Source: Escherichia coli
Lineage (GTDB): Bacteria; Pseudomonadota; Gammaproteobacteria; Enterobacterales; Enterobacteriaceae
Direction: 5' to 3' (one strand)
NCBI RefSeq assembly: GCF_001677475.2
Contig: NZ_CP015229.1
DNA: 64,000 nt
Below the pieces are notes generated by a model that saw only the letters and a list, made by a program, of their open reading frames with translations, was not told the origin of the DNA and made no database searches. The position numbers were made by a program, and so were the translations under genes. Of this stretch, positions 13,173 through 22,905 are shown one piece after another (position 1 is the stretch's first letter; every line of letters starts with the position of its first letter).

Positions 13173-13604
13173 ATGATGACATTGCCCTACCCATATTCTT
13201 CCTCCGCACGCTTTTACTCGCTGCGCCTGCTCCCCGGGCAGGAAGTTCTCTCCCAATTGCGCGCCTTCACGCAGCAACAACAACTCCACGCCGCGTGGAT
13301 TGCAGGTTGTACCGGCAGTCTGACTGACGTCGCCTTACGCTATGCCGGACAAGAAAACACGGCCCTACTAAGCGGTAAGTTCGAAGTCATCGCATTGAAC
13401 GGCACGCTGGAACAGAGTGGTGAACATCTTCATCTCTGCGTTTCCGATCCACACGGCACGATGCTTGGCGGTCATATGATGCCCGGCTGTACCGTGCGGA
13501 CCACGCTTGAACTGGTGATCGGCTGCCTTGAGGAACTGGCGTTTAGCCGCCAGTCTTGCGCGCTTTCTGGTTACGACGAGTTGCATATTTCCCCCGTTAA
13601 ATAA
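13173..13604 (+). CDS. PCC/DUF296-like small protein (COG1661-like pattern)
   Basis: 143-aa ORF; sequence pattern ...LRLLPGQEV...GSLTDVALRYA...GKFEVIALNGT...HLHLCVSDPHG...GGHMMPGCTV.TTLELVI fits the PCC-domain family as recalled. Confidence 0.5.
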   Translation: MMTLPYPYSSSARFYSLRLLPGQEVLSQLRAFTQQQQLHAAWIAGCTGSLTDVALRYAGQENTALLSGKFEVIALNGTLEQSGEHLHLCVSDPHGTMLGGHMMPGCTVRTTLELVIGCLEELAFSRQSCALSGYDELHISPVK

Positions 13605-13626
13605 CTACTTTCAGAGAGGTTTTCTT

Positions 13627-14205
13627 ATGGCGCGTCGCCACTTTTCCAGTCAGGCGTTGGTGTTGATCGTTATATCTATCGCCATCAATATGATCGGCGG
13701 GCAACTGGCCAGCATGGTCAAATTACCTATATTTCTCGACTCCATCGGCACACTTATTAGCGCGGTACTGCTTGGTCCGGTGATCGGGATGCTGACCGGC
13801 TTACTGACCAATTTACTCTGGGGATTGCTAACCGACCCGATCGCCGCCGCATTTGCGCCCGTCGCGATGGTCATCGGCCTGGTCGCCGGTTGGCTGGCGC
13901 GAGCGGGTTGGTTCCGCACCCTGCCAAAAGTTGTTGTCAGCGGCGTGATTATTACGCTTGTGGTAACGGTCGTCGCTGTACCGCTGCGTACTGCGCTGTT
14001 CGGCGGTGTCACCGGTAGCGGAGCCGATTTGTTCGTTGCCTGGATGCACTCAATGGGGCAAAACCTGGTGGAGTCGGTGGCGATTACGGTGATAGGCGCG
14101 AACCTGGTCGATAAAGTTCTCACAGCGGTGATTGTCTGGCTTTTACTGCGTCAGCTGCCGATTCGCACCACGCGCCATTTTCCGGCAATGGCAGCCGTGC
14201 GCTAA
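13627..14205 (+). CDS. ECF-type transporter substrate-capture (S) component, substrate unknown
   Basis: ATG at 13627 with AGAGAGG RBS; ~192-aa small integral membrane protein with multiple hydrophobic helices, directly upstream of T and A components. Confidence 0.55.
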   Translation: MARRHFSSQALVLIVISIAINMIGGQLASMVKLPIFLDSIGTLISAVLLGPVIGMLTGLLTNLLWGLLTDPIAAAFAPVAMVIGLVAGWLARAGWFRTLPKVVVSGVIITLVVTVVAVPLRTALFGGVTGSGADLFVAWMHSMGQNLVESVAITVIGANLVDKVLTAVIVWLLLRQLPIRTTRHFPAMAAVR

Positions 14206-14913
14206 ATGCATCCGTTTACCTCATTAACGCTGTGGGCGCTGGCAGCCTGCACCACGCTAATCCTGCCCGCGCAGACCATTTTGCCGGTCTATAGCGCGGC
14301 GACCTTTCTCTGCCTTATTGCGTTAAAGTCCACGCGGCGGCGAGCAAAATATGTCGTCTGGCTGATGTTCTCGCTGGGGGCTGGACTGTGGCTGGTACAC
14401 GGTGGCTGGCTGACAGAATGGCTAAGCGGCACGCCACGCTCGCCAGAACGGTGGGCGCATGCTATTACGCTCTGGTTGCGGATTCTGGCGATTGTTTCAA
14501 CCTCGCAGTTGTGGATGCAATTCGTCCCCGTGCAACGTTTTATCCGCGCTTTGTTTGCTTCTCGCCTGCCGCCAGGCGTCGCTTATCTGTTTGCCGGGCC
14601 GTTATTGGTCGTTGAGCAGTTAAAACGGCAATTAGCGATTATTCATGAAGCGCAGCGTGCCCGCGGCGTGCCTCTGGATGAGGGCTGGTATCAACGTTTA
14701 CATGCGATGCCCGCGTTAATTATTCCGCTAACACACAATGCGCTAAACGATCTTGCTGTCCGTGGTGCGGCGCTGGATATGCGGGCATTTCGGATCCACA
14801 GCCGACGAACAACGTTGTGGGCACCAGCCGATAGCCCCCTACAACGCGTAGCGCGTTACACCATGATCTTGCTGATGCTGGCAGAATTCGGAGCGTGGAT
14901 ATGGTTACGTTAG
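14206..14913 (+). CDS. ECF transporter transmembrane (T) component, EcfT/CbiQ-like
   Basis: 235-aa polytopic membrane ORF; start codon abuts the S-component stop (TAAATG). Confidence 0.55.
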   Translation: MHPFTSLTLWALAACTTLILPAQTILPVYSAATFLCLIALKSTRRRAKYVVWLMFSLGAGLWLVHGGWLTEWLSGTPRSPERWAHAITLWLRILAIVSTSQLWMQFVPVQRFIRALFASRLPPGVAYLFAGPLLVVEQLKRQLAIIHEAQRARGVPLDEGWYQRLHAMPALIIPLTHNALNDLAVRGAALDMRAFRIHSRRTTLWAPADSPLQRVARYTMILLMLAEFGAWIWLR

Positions 14914-15578
14914 AACAGTTTCGCTATTGCCCGACAAACTCAACGCATCCTCCGTTCTGTTATGACTTTCACTATGTCAAACCGGGGATAGTCGCCATCT
15001 TTGGTGACAACGGCAGTGGCAAAAGTACGCTGGCGCAACTGATGGCGGGCTGGTATCCAGACTTTCTACCAGGAGAGATAACCGGCACGGGGACACTTCT
15101 CGGTACGCCCATTGGGCATCTCCCGCTTAATGAACAATCCGCCACCATCCAGCTCGTCCAGCAATCGCCCTATTTGCAGCTCTCCGGCTGTACCTTTAGC
15201 GTGGAAGAAGAAGTTGCCTTTGGGCCAGAAAATCTGTGTCTTGCTGAAAAAGAGATTATGGCGAGGATTGATGCCGCCCTGACTCTGAGCGAGTGCCAGC
15301 CGTTGCGCCATCGACACCCGGCAACACTCTCCGGTGGAGAGACACAGCGCGTGGTCATCGCCTGCGCTATCGCGATGCAGCCAAAACTATTAATTCTTGA
15401 TGAAGCCTTTAGCCGCCTGACGCCGCAGGCCAGCGAAATGCTGTTGCAGCGCTTACAACACTGGGCGTTTGAACGTGGTTCGCTGATTATTCTTTTTGAA
15501 CGTCATCGCACACCTTTCCTGAACTACTGCCAGCAAGCGTGGCAACTGCAAAACGGAGCGCTCCAGCCACTATGTTAA
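14895..15578 (+). CDS. ABC/ECF transporter ATPase (A component)
   Basis: Walker A GDNGSGKST, ABC signature LSGGETQR, Walker B LLILDEAF. Confidence 0.75.
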   Translation: MDMVTLEQFRYCPTNSTHPPFCYDFHYVKPGIVAIFGDNGSGKSTLAQLMAGWYPDFLPGEITGTGTLLGTPIGHLPLNEQSATIQLVQQSPYLQLSGCTFSVEEEVAFGPENLCLAEKEIMARIDAALTLSECQPLRHRHPATLSGGETQRVVIACAIAMQPKLLILDEAFSRLTPQASEMLLQRLQHWAFERGSLIILFERHRTPFLNYCQQAWQLQNGALQPLC

Positions 15579-16249
15579 CGTTAAATCAGGTAACTTATCG
15601 CTGGCCTGGCGCGGCAACGGATTGTCTTTGCGACATTTCTCTGCAACTCAAACAAGGCGAATGGCTGGCGCTGACCGGCGACAATGGCGCAGGGAAATCG
15701 ACGCTGTTACGAGTAATGGCAGGTCTTCTTACGCCCACAGCCGGTACAGTTATGCTGCAACAACAGACGATGAAAAACCTGAAAAACCGCCAGCGCGCGG
15801 CAAAGATTGGCGTACTGTTTCAGGAAGCGGAAAACCAGCTTTTTCACAGCACCGTCGCTGACGAGATCGCATTTGGTTTGAAACTGCAAAAATGCCCGGC
15901 GGATGAAATCACTCAACGTACCCATGCTGCCCTGCAATGCTGTCAGTTAGCAGACACTGCCAGCGCGCACCCGTTGGATCTGCATAGTGCGCAGCGACGG
16001 ATGGTCGCCGTCGCCTGCCTGGAAGCACTCTCTCCGCCACTATTGCTGCTGGACGAGCCGAGTCGGGATTTTGACGAAAATTGGTTGAGCGTGTTTGAAA
16101 GCTGGCTGGAGAAGTGCCGCCAGCGAGGCTCGAGCGTCGTAGCAATCAGTCATGACGCCGCATTTACCCGGCGTCATTTCTCTCGTGTGGTGCGACTGGA
16201 AGATGGTGTAATCAGGAACGTTAATCCACCAGACGATATTCACCCGTAG
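15572..16249 (+). CDS. ABC/ECF transporter ATPase (A' component)
   Basis: Walker A GDNGAGKST, Walker B LLLLDEP; ATG at 15572 overlaps the upstream stop (ATGTTAA). Confidence 0.75.
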   Translation: MLTLNQVTYRWPGAATDCLCDISLQLKQGEWLALTGDNGAGKSTLLRVMAGLLTPTAGTVMLQQQTMKNLKNRQRAAKIGVLFQEAENQLFHSTVADEIAFGLKLQKCPADEITQRTHAALQCCQLADTASAHPLDLHSAQRRMVAVACLEALSPPLLLLDEPSRDFDENWLSVFESWLEKCRQRGSSVVAISHDAAFTRRHFSRVVRLEDGVIRNVNPPDDIHP

Positions 16250-16934
16250 CGGTCATCATTAAAGTCAAATTTGCAGGCAGACTCTCTTCCAGCACCCGGC
16301 GAACATTCGGCCCGTCGGTACGGTCATAAAAAGCTTCTGCGTCTGCCAGTGATAACCCTCCCGCCAGCTTGCGCCCCACCAGTCGTTCCCGCAACGCAGT
16401 AGCTGGCGCATTGATAAAGATCGAGAAATCACAAAATTGCGCAAGCTGGCACCACTTCTCGTCGTCCAGCAACAACCAGTTTCCTTCGACGATGACGAGT
16501 GGTGCGGTAACGTGCAACGCATCTTCAACAGGATCATGCTTTTGTCGATCATACTGCGGCCACGCACAATCCCCTTCCACTACCTGGCGCAGGTTTTCCG
16601 CCAGTTTCGCTACATCGAATGTCTCTGGTGCGCCTTTGAAGGGGCGCAATTGATGCGCATCCAGCCAGCTATTGTAATGGTGAAAACCATCCATCGGGAG
16701 TGTCTGAATAGCGGGTAGTTCCGGGTCTTGTTGCGCGAGATATTCCCAGAAGGTGGTTAGGGTAGATTTACCCGTCCCCGGCGGAGCGCAAAGAAAAACC
16801 ACCGTACGCCGCTGCGGATTTACCGTCTGTAAGGCCGCCAGCATACGCAGTAGCGTTTTATGAACATTCTCAATTTCATCATCAGAGTACTGCGCCTGTA
16901 CCTTTAGTCCATTCACCGTCAGTTCGATTTTCAC
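16221..16934 (-). CDS. yggC: P-loop kinase-like protein YggC
   Basis: 237-aa ORF with P-loop FLCAPPGTGKSTL. Confidence 0.8.
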   Translation of the reverse strand: MKIELTVNGLKVQAQYSDDEIENVHKTLLRMLAALQTVNPQRRTVVFLCAPPGTGKSTLTTFWEYLAQQDPELPAIQTLPMDGFHHYNSWLDAHQLRPFKGAPETFDVAKLAENLRQVVEGDCAWPQYDRQKHDPVEDALHVTAPLVIVEGNWLLLDDEKWCQLAQFCDFSIFINAPATALRERLVGRKLAGGLSLADAEAFYDRTDGPNVRRVLEESLPANLTLMMTATGEYRLVD

Positions 16935-17440
16935 GGCGTTAATTCCTTTAAGGTTGTCGTTACTGCCAGCGTCAGCGCCGTTTTGACCATCCCGCTAAAA
17001 CGCGCCTCTGACCAGACGGCGAAATCGGCGAACTTCATCGCTTTCAACGCGTCATAGAGCGTCGCATTGCGGATTATGCTATTGACGTTGCTGATAAAAT
17101 CCCAGGTCATGTCATCGGCAAATCCGGGCATTTCATCCTGTTCGTTCAGGTAATGCCAGAACTGGGAAAAATGCGTGATATCGGCGTACAGCCATTTATC
17201 CATTTTCCCCAGCGCATAAATCAAACGCAGTGCAACATCAATATCGTCAAGCGGGCCGCTTTGGGCGAGTAACGGCTTCACTGCATATTCGACGATCTCT
17301 TCATCATTATCGACAAACAGCGACGGCAGAAACTGGCGTATCCCCTGGAGCAAAATAGAATGCGCAGTTTTCATAAATGAAAATAAATTGTCCTGTGCCT
17401 CCAGTTGCTCAAGCACATCATCTTCTGTCAGCGTCGCCAT
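16931..17440 (-). CDS. yggD: MtlR-like protein YggD
   Basis: 169-aa ORF, overlaps yggC start by 4 bp. Confidence 0.75.
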   Translation of the reverse strand: MATLTEDDVLEQLEAQDNLFSFMKTAHSILLQGIRQFLPSLFVDNDEEIVEYAVKPLLAQSGPLDDIDVALRLIYALGKMDKWLYADITHFSQFWHYLNEQDEMPGFADDMTWDFISNVNSIIRNATLYDALKAMKFADFAVWSEARFSGMVKTALTLAVTTTLKELTP

Positions 17441-17461
17441 TGGTCTTCCGATAGATCACCA

Positions 17462-18427
17462 TCAATGCAGGGAGTCTATTATATTACACGTTTGGTCCGC
17501 GCCGCCGATCAGTAATGTCTGCGTCCGCACCCCATTCGCCGTCTGTTGGATTCCGTTCACCAACTCGCCGCCCGTCACGCCCGTAGCGCTAAAGAGGATA
17601 TCGTTCCCCCTCACCAGTTCATCGAGCGAGTACACACGGTTAACGTCAACGCCCATTTCCTTGCAACGCTTGCGCTCCTGCTCTGCAATCTGCCGATTTT
17701 CCGTGTAATCCCCTTTAGCCTGACAAAAGTCAATCAGCTCGGCCTGCATATCCCCGCCTAATGCTTTAACGGCACAGGCAGAAATCACGCCTTCTGGCGC
17801 ACCGCCGATGGTGTACATCACATCGTAAGGATTATCCTGCCAGCAGGTCAGCACGCTGGCGGCGACATCGCCATCCGGCAGGGCAAAAACCTTCACGCCC
17901 AGCTGTGTTGCTTCCTCAATTGCGGCACTCAGGCGCGGTTTATCCAGCGTAACCATACGCAGCTTGTCCAGCGGTTTGCCTAACGCTTTCGCCACGTTGC
18001 GCAAGTTGTCCGCCAGAGGCATGGACAGATCAATCGCGCCCGCCGCCAGCCGATTAACAACCAGTTTTTTCATATACATATCGGGCGCGTGTAACAGGCT
18101 ATCTCGAGGGGCGAAAGCCATGACCGCCAGCGCATTGCTCTGCCCCATCGCCACCATCCGCGTGCCTTCAATGGGATCGACCGCGATATCGACTTCTGGC
18201 CCATCGCCTTTGCCCACCTCTTCGCCAATCCACAGCATCGGCGCATGGTCAATTTCTCCCTCGCCGATAACCACTCGCCCACGAAAAGCGACGTCGTTCA
18301 ACGCCTGGCGCATCGCGGTGACCGCCAGGCCGTCGATTTTGTTTTTATCGCCACATCCGGTTTGCGGCCAGGCAGCCAACGCTGCCTGTTCCGTAACGCG
18401 AAATAATGGCCACGCCAGGGACATCAT
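17462..18427 (-). CDS. yggF: Fructose-1,6-bisphosphatase class II (GlpX-like)
   Basis: 321-aa ORF with GlpX-type layout. Confidence 0.8.
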   Translation of the reverse strand: MMSLAWPLFRVTEQAALAAWPQTGCGDKNKIDGLAVTAMRQALNDVAFRGRVVIGEGEIDHAPMLWIGEEVGKGDGPEVDIAVDPIEGTRMVAMGQSNALAVMAFAPRDSLLHAPDMYMKKLVVNRLAAGAIDLSMPLADNLRNVAKALGKPLDKLRMVTLDKPRLSAAIEEATQLGVKVFALPDGDVAASVLTCWQDNPYDVMYTIGGAPEGVISACAVKALGGDMQAELIDFCQAKGDYTENRQIAEQERKRCKEMGVDVNRVYSLDELVRGNDILFSATGVTGGELVNGIQQTANGVRTQTLLIGGADQTCNIIDSLH

Positions 18428-19701
18428 TGCGTGGTCTCCCCAATATCAACGCCAAATTGTGCCAGCAGATATTTCTCGGCCTGTTCATTCCAGATGCCGT
18501 GCGTTTCCTCAACCAACCGCGCCAGCTCTTTAAACAGCGGATCGGTTTTGCCTTTTTCGGCAAAATCGGCAATGGCAGTGAGCGGCATGGTCACGCCGTT
18601 ATAAATGAGTTTTTTACCGCCAGGGATATCCGGCAGATTGAGCACGGTTTCTGGCACCGCATCCAGGCCACCAATATGGGTCACCATAAACGACGGCTGT
18701 AACTGTCCTGTGGCGCTAAGGGCAATCGCCTCTTTCATGTCGTCCGTTGAACCGCCAGATGTACCGACGACGTGCGTGCTGTTGTAATGGACGTTGTAGA
18801 AATTAAACGGCACTTTGAAGTTTTTATCCGTCGGACCGGCAAAGAAGTTCAGACAGCCATCTTCCGCCAGTAATTCGTCAGCCATCTCAACGACAGCAGG
18901 CACCGCCGCATAAACAAAAATGTCATCGAACCCGGCATCTCCTGTAAGCGCCCGCAGCATCTGGACTGGATCGCTCATCCCTTTGGTATTCACATACACC
19001 AGCTCAATGCCTTTACTAGCCGCCAGTTCCACCGGCAGCAGCTTCTGTACCTGCGCCAGGCGTTTGTCGTCGATATCGACCACCACCACCCGCGACGGTT
19101 GTATGCCACCGTTAATGGCGTAATCGATAGCGCCAATGCCCATTGGACCAGCACAGGCCAGCAGTGCAATATTGCCGCCAGGTTTGACGCCCATGCGATG
19201 CTCATAAACATATTGCGTGGTGTGATAATTGGCATGATAAGCGCCAATAATGCAGCACATAGGCTCTGCCAGCGACGCAGCAGCAAAATAAGAGCCGTGA
19301 TACGGTAATACGCAGCCCAAATTAATGGCTACCTCTGGAATAATCATATAGGTGGCGTTACCGCCAAAATATTCGTAGCTGTAGCCCGCTGAATATCCGC
19401 TTGGTAACCCCATTGCCGGTTGCAATACAAAACGCTGGCCTTTTTTATATTTGCCGGTGAGATTTTTACCCACTTCAACAATAACCCCGGCACATTCATG
19501 TCCGGTAATGACCGGATGATTTTCTAAATCGTCGGATACGCGTTTATGTTCACTACCGAGTAACGCCGCTTTCCAGGTGGATAAACAGACGCTGTCAGAA
19601 ATTACACTCACTAACAGTTCATTATCGGTAATTTCTGGCAGTTCAAATTCGCGCAGACGGACATCCCGCTTGCCATAAATAGCAGCAACTTTGGTTTTCA
19701 T
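18424..19701 (-). CDS. yggP: Zn-dependent polyol dehydrogenase-like protein
   Basis: 425-aa ORF, medium-chain dehydrogenase-like with GxGxxG region. Confidence 0.75.
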   Translation of the reverse strand: MKTKVAAIYGKRDVRLREFELPEITDNELLVSVISDSVCLSTWKAALLGSEHKRVSDDLENHPVITGHECAGVIVEVGKNLTGKYKKGQRFVLQPAMGLPSGYSAGYSYEYFGGNATYMIIPEVAINLGCVLPYHGSYFAAASLAEPMCCIIGAYHANYHTTQYVYEHRMGVKPGGNIALLACAGPMGIGAIDYAINGGIQPSRVVVVDIDDKRLAQVQKLLPVELAASKGIELVYVNTKGMSDPVQMLRALTGDAGFDDIFVYAAVPAVVEMADELLAEDGCLNFFAGPTDKNFKVPFNFYNVHYNSTHVVGTSGGSTDDMKEAIALSATGQLQPSFMVTHIGGLDAVPETVLNLPDIPGGKKLIYNGVTMPLTAIADFAEKGKTDPLFKELARLVEETHGIWNEQAEKYLLAQFGVDIGETTQ

Positions 19702-19715
19702 TTTTACCTCTGTAA

Positions 19716-21104
19716 TCAGTGTTTATGTTCGGCGGTTAATTGATTAAATAAAGTGTCGAGTTTTGGATCGCCAATATAGTTACTAATCAATATCAGTGGT
19801 TTATCCGTCACACGTTTCACGCGCCCTTCCAGACTGGCATGAGTAACGACGATATCCGCATCCGCAGGCACGTTTTCTATCGCGTAATGTTTTACTTCAA
19901 TTGCCAGCCCCGCTTTTTCCAGGCGTTTACGGAAGGTGGTCGCGCCCATCGCACTGGAGCCCATCCCCGCATCGCAAACAAAGGCGATACGCTTAACCTT
20001 GCTTAACGAGAATGCACCTTCTTGTTTCATCGCCTTAACCGCATTGGCTGACTGAGCAAACTCATATTCGCTCTCCGTTTCCACCGTTTTTTCCATCTTC
20101 AGTATCAGCGAAGTGATAGCAAAGGACACCAGGGTACCTACCGTAACACCGGCAATTGTCGCCAGGAATGAGCCTTTCGGCGTCAGCGCCAGGTAAGCAA
20201 AGATAGACCCCGGACTTGGGCCAGCCACCAGACCACCGTCCAGTAAGTTAAACATCCAGGTGCCAGACATACCGCCCGCAATCATGGCAATAATGGTCAG
20301 CGGCTTCATCAGCACATATGGGAAATACAGTTCGTGGATCCCACCGAGGAAGTGAATAATCATCGCCCCGGGCGCAGAACGTTTACTCATCCCTTTACCA
20401 AACAAGGTAAACGCCAGCAGCAGCCCCAGGCCCGGACCTGGGTTAGAGGCCACCATAAAGAAGATGGATTTACCGTTAACCGAAGCCTGTTGCATTCCCA
20501 GCGGATAATAGACGCCCTGATCGATCGCGTTATTGAGGAAAAGCACTTTCGCCGGTTCATTGATGACTGACAGCAGAGGCAGATAACCCGCATGTACCAG
20601 CGCCTCAATACACTCTTTGACGAAAGTATTGGCAATTAACACCGCCGGGCCGATCACTTCAAAACCCAGCAGACAAAGGAGCATCCCCGCGATACCTAAT
20701 GAGAAGTTATTGATAACCATCTCAAAACCGGCAGGTATGCGTTTTTCCAGTGCCTTATCGACATATTTTATGACCAGACCACCGAGCGGCCCCATAATCA
20801 TCGAACCAAGGAACATCGGGATCTCTGCGCCGACGATCACACCAATAGTACCTATTCCGCCCATGACCGCCCCGCGTTTACCGCCGACCAGATGACCACC
20901 GGTAGAACCAATCATCACGGGCAATAAATAGGTAATCATCGGGCCGACAATTTTGGCGAAATGTTCATTCGGCAGCCAACCGGTGGGAATAAATAACGCA
21001 GTTATAAAACCCCAGGCAATAAAAGCACCGATATTGGGAATGACCATTGCAGTCAAAAAGCCCCCAAAAGCCTGGACCCTTGCACGAGCAGACTTGTTTT
21101 CCAT
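19716..21104 (-). CDS. cmtA: PTS mannitol-family EIICB component (cryptic)
   Basis: 462-aa polytopic membrane protein with C-terminal IIB domain. Confidence 0.85.
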   Translation of the reverse strand: MENKSARARVQAFGGFLTAMVIPNIGAFIAWGFITALFIPTGWLPNEHFAKIVGPMITYLLPVMIGSTGGHLVGGKRGAVMGGIGTIGVIVGAEIPMFLGSMIMGPLGGLVIKYVDKALEKRIPAGFEMVINNFSLGIAGMLLCLLGFEVIGPAVLIANTFVKECIEALVHAGYLPLLSVINEPAKVLFLNNAIDQGVYYPLGMQQASVNGKSIFFMVASNPGPGLGLLLAFTLFGKGMSKRSAPGAMIIHFLGGIHELYFPYVLMKPLTIIAMIAGGMSGTWMFNLLDGGLVAGPSPGSIFAYLALTPKGSFLATIAGVTVGTLVSFAITSLILKMEKTVETESEYEFAQSANAVKAMKQEGAFSLSKVKRIAFVCDAGMGSSAMGATTFRKRLEKAGLAIEVKHYAIENVPADADIVVTHASLEGRVKRVTDKPLILISNYIGDPKLDTLFNQLTAEHKH

Positions 21105-21131
21105 AATATTATCCTGTAGAGGAGAGAGTCA

Positions 21132-21575
21132 TTATCCGCGGCTGATTATGTCCGCTAATTGTTTTTCTGATGATGCTGTTAAGAGTTGTTCGAGTATTTC
21201 TTCTTCGCTCAGTAATTCACTTAACGCCTGAATAGCGCCAATGTGCGAATCGGCATCGGCAGCAGAAAGCCCGATGAGTAATTTAATCGGTTCGTCATTC
21301 CCCGGGAAATAAACGCCTTGTTTAAGTAACGTTAAAGACATCCCGGTTTTAAGCGCCCCACATTCCGGTCGAGCATGAGGCATTGCCACGCCTGGTGCGA
21401 GAATATAATAAGGACCATTGCTGATGGTGGAGTCTTTAATAGACTGAATGTAATTCTCGCTGATATAGTTTTTATCCAGCAATGATGCCATCGAGAAATC
21501 GATAGCTTCCTGCCAATCTTTTGCTGAATGTATAACTGAGATTGATGATTCTGGAAAATAATCAATAAGCCGCAT
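21132..21575 (-). CDS. cmtB: PTS mannitol-family EIIA component (cryptic)
   Basis: 147-aa ORF with EIIA-Mtl-type His region (GVAMPHARPE). Confidence 0.85.
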   Translation of the reverse strand: MRLIDYFPESSISVIHSAKDWQEAIDFSMASLLDKNYISENYIQSIKDSTISNGPYYILAPGVAMPHARPECGALKTGMSLTLLKQGVYFPGNDEPIKLLIGLSAADADSHIGAIQALSELLSEEEILEQLLTASSEKQLADIISRG

Positions 21576-21951
21576 AAATTATCCTTATTTTATTTTTAGG
21601 GTACCGTCCGGCGGTAAAAATAAAATACTCGTGCGGTTTAATGAAAGCAATTGGGTACGCGAGAAGAAAAACCCCATGAACAAAAATAATAAAACTTTAA
21701 ATAACAACAACATGAAATTGATATTTTTAAAGTCAACTTTGTATTTGTTATGTTTATCACAAAATCAACATTTTGATTGTTGTTGTATTTGTGATGCATA
21801 TCGCCATTTATTTATTGAATGTCCGAAAACATACTTTTTTAATGCAATGTTTTTTCGCTATACCCCTTTATAGATTCTGAATTCTCACCTGTCGGCTATT
21901 TTCTCCTCACCTCATGTGACATATTCCCCACTTTACTCAAGGAAGATTCAT

Positions 21952-22860
21952 ATGAAAGCACCTGTTTCATTAACCTCATTTCGCCCACAAAAATCTATTG
22001 CTATCGCCATTGGCGTGCTTGCCGTGGTTGTGCTGCCATTTCTCTCGTATTACACCGTTAATGAAGGTGAACGCGGCATTTTGCTGCGCTACGGAAAAAT
22101 CGTAAAAGTTGCCGAGCCGGGTCTGGGTTTTAAGATCCCTTTTATGGAAAGCGTGGAGAAAATTTCCACGCGTAATCAGGCTGTGGTTTATCAGGGATTA
22201 CAGGCCTACAGCCGCGACCAGCAACCGGCACAAATGACAGTATCAGTCAGCTTCCACATTAAACCTTCAGAAGCTGGCGCAGTTTATACAACCTACAACA
22301 CCATTGAATCTTTAAAAGAGCGTCTGATCGTCCGCCAGCTGCCAACCCAACTGGAGAACGTTTTCGGGCAATATACAGCCATCAGCGCGGTACAGGATCG
22401 TACAAAACTGGTTCAGGATCTGCAAAATGCCATGCGTAAAGCCGTTGTTGGCCCGGTGGTGATTGATGGTGTTCAGATTGAAAATATTGATTTTTCTGAC
22501 GCTTATGAAAAATCGATTGAAGATCGAATGAAAGCAGAAGTCGCCATTGCCACACGTAAGCAAAATCTGGAAACAGAGAAAATCCAGGCGCAAATAGCGG
22601 TAACTCAGGCCCAGGCAGAGGCAGACAGTAAACTGGCGGCAGCCAAAGCAGAAGCGGAAACTATTCGCGTAAGAGGCGCGGCAGAGGCTTAAACTATTCG
22701 TTTAAAAAGTGCGGCTGAAGCAGAAGCGATCCGCCTGCGCGGTGAAGCTCTGCGGGATAATCCCGGACTTGTTGCCCTCACCACTGCTGAGCGTTGGGAC
22801 GGTAAGCTACCCGATACCATGATCCCCGGCAGTACAGTTCCGTTTATCTCTACTAAGTAA
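21952..22860 (+). pseudogene. SPFH/band-7 (HflC/prohibitin-like) gene interrupted by an in-frame TAA at 22690-22692
   Basis: ATG at 21952 after AAGGA; N-terminal TM anchor and SPFH-like core; reading frame continues unchanged for 55 more codons after the TAA; near-duplicate codon block on either side of the stop. Confidence 0.5.
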
Positions 22861-22888
22861 AAAAAGGGCCGATTTCGCGGCCCTTCTC
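22861..22888 (-). terminator. Rho-independent terminator of tktA
   Basis: Stem aagggccg/cggccctt with a T-run on the minus strand directly downstream of the tktA stop. Confidence 0.65.
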
Positions 22889-22905
22889 ACAAAGCATCTT
22901 ACCGA

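Noticed and set aside
21631-21873. 80-aa ORF (MRFNESNWVREKKNPMNKNN...) in the AT-rich region upstream of the SPFH gene
   Set aside because: Asn/Lys-rich low-complexity translation of an AT-rich leader, with no RBS and no recognisable fold. More likely promoter or regulatory DNA than a gene.
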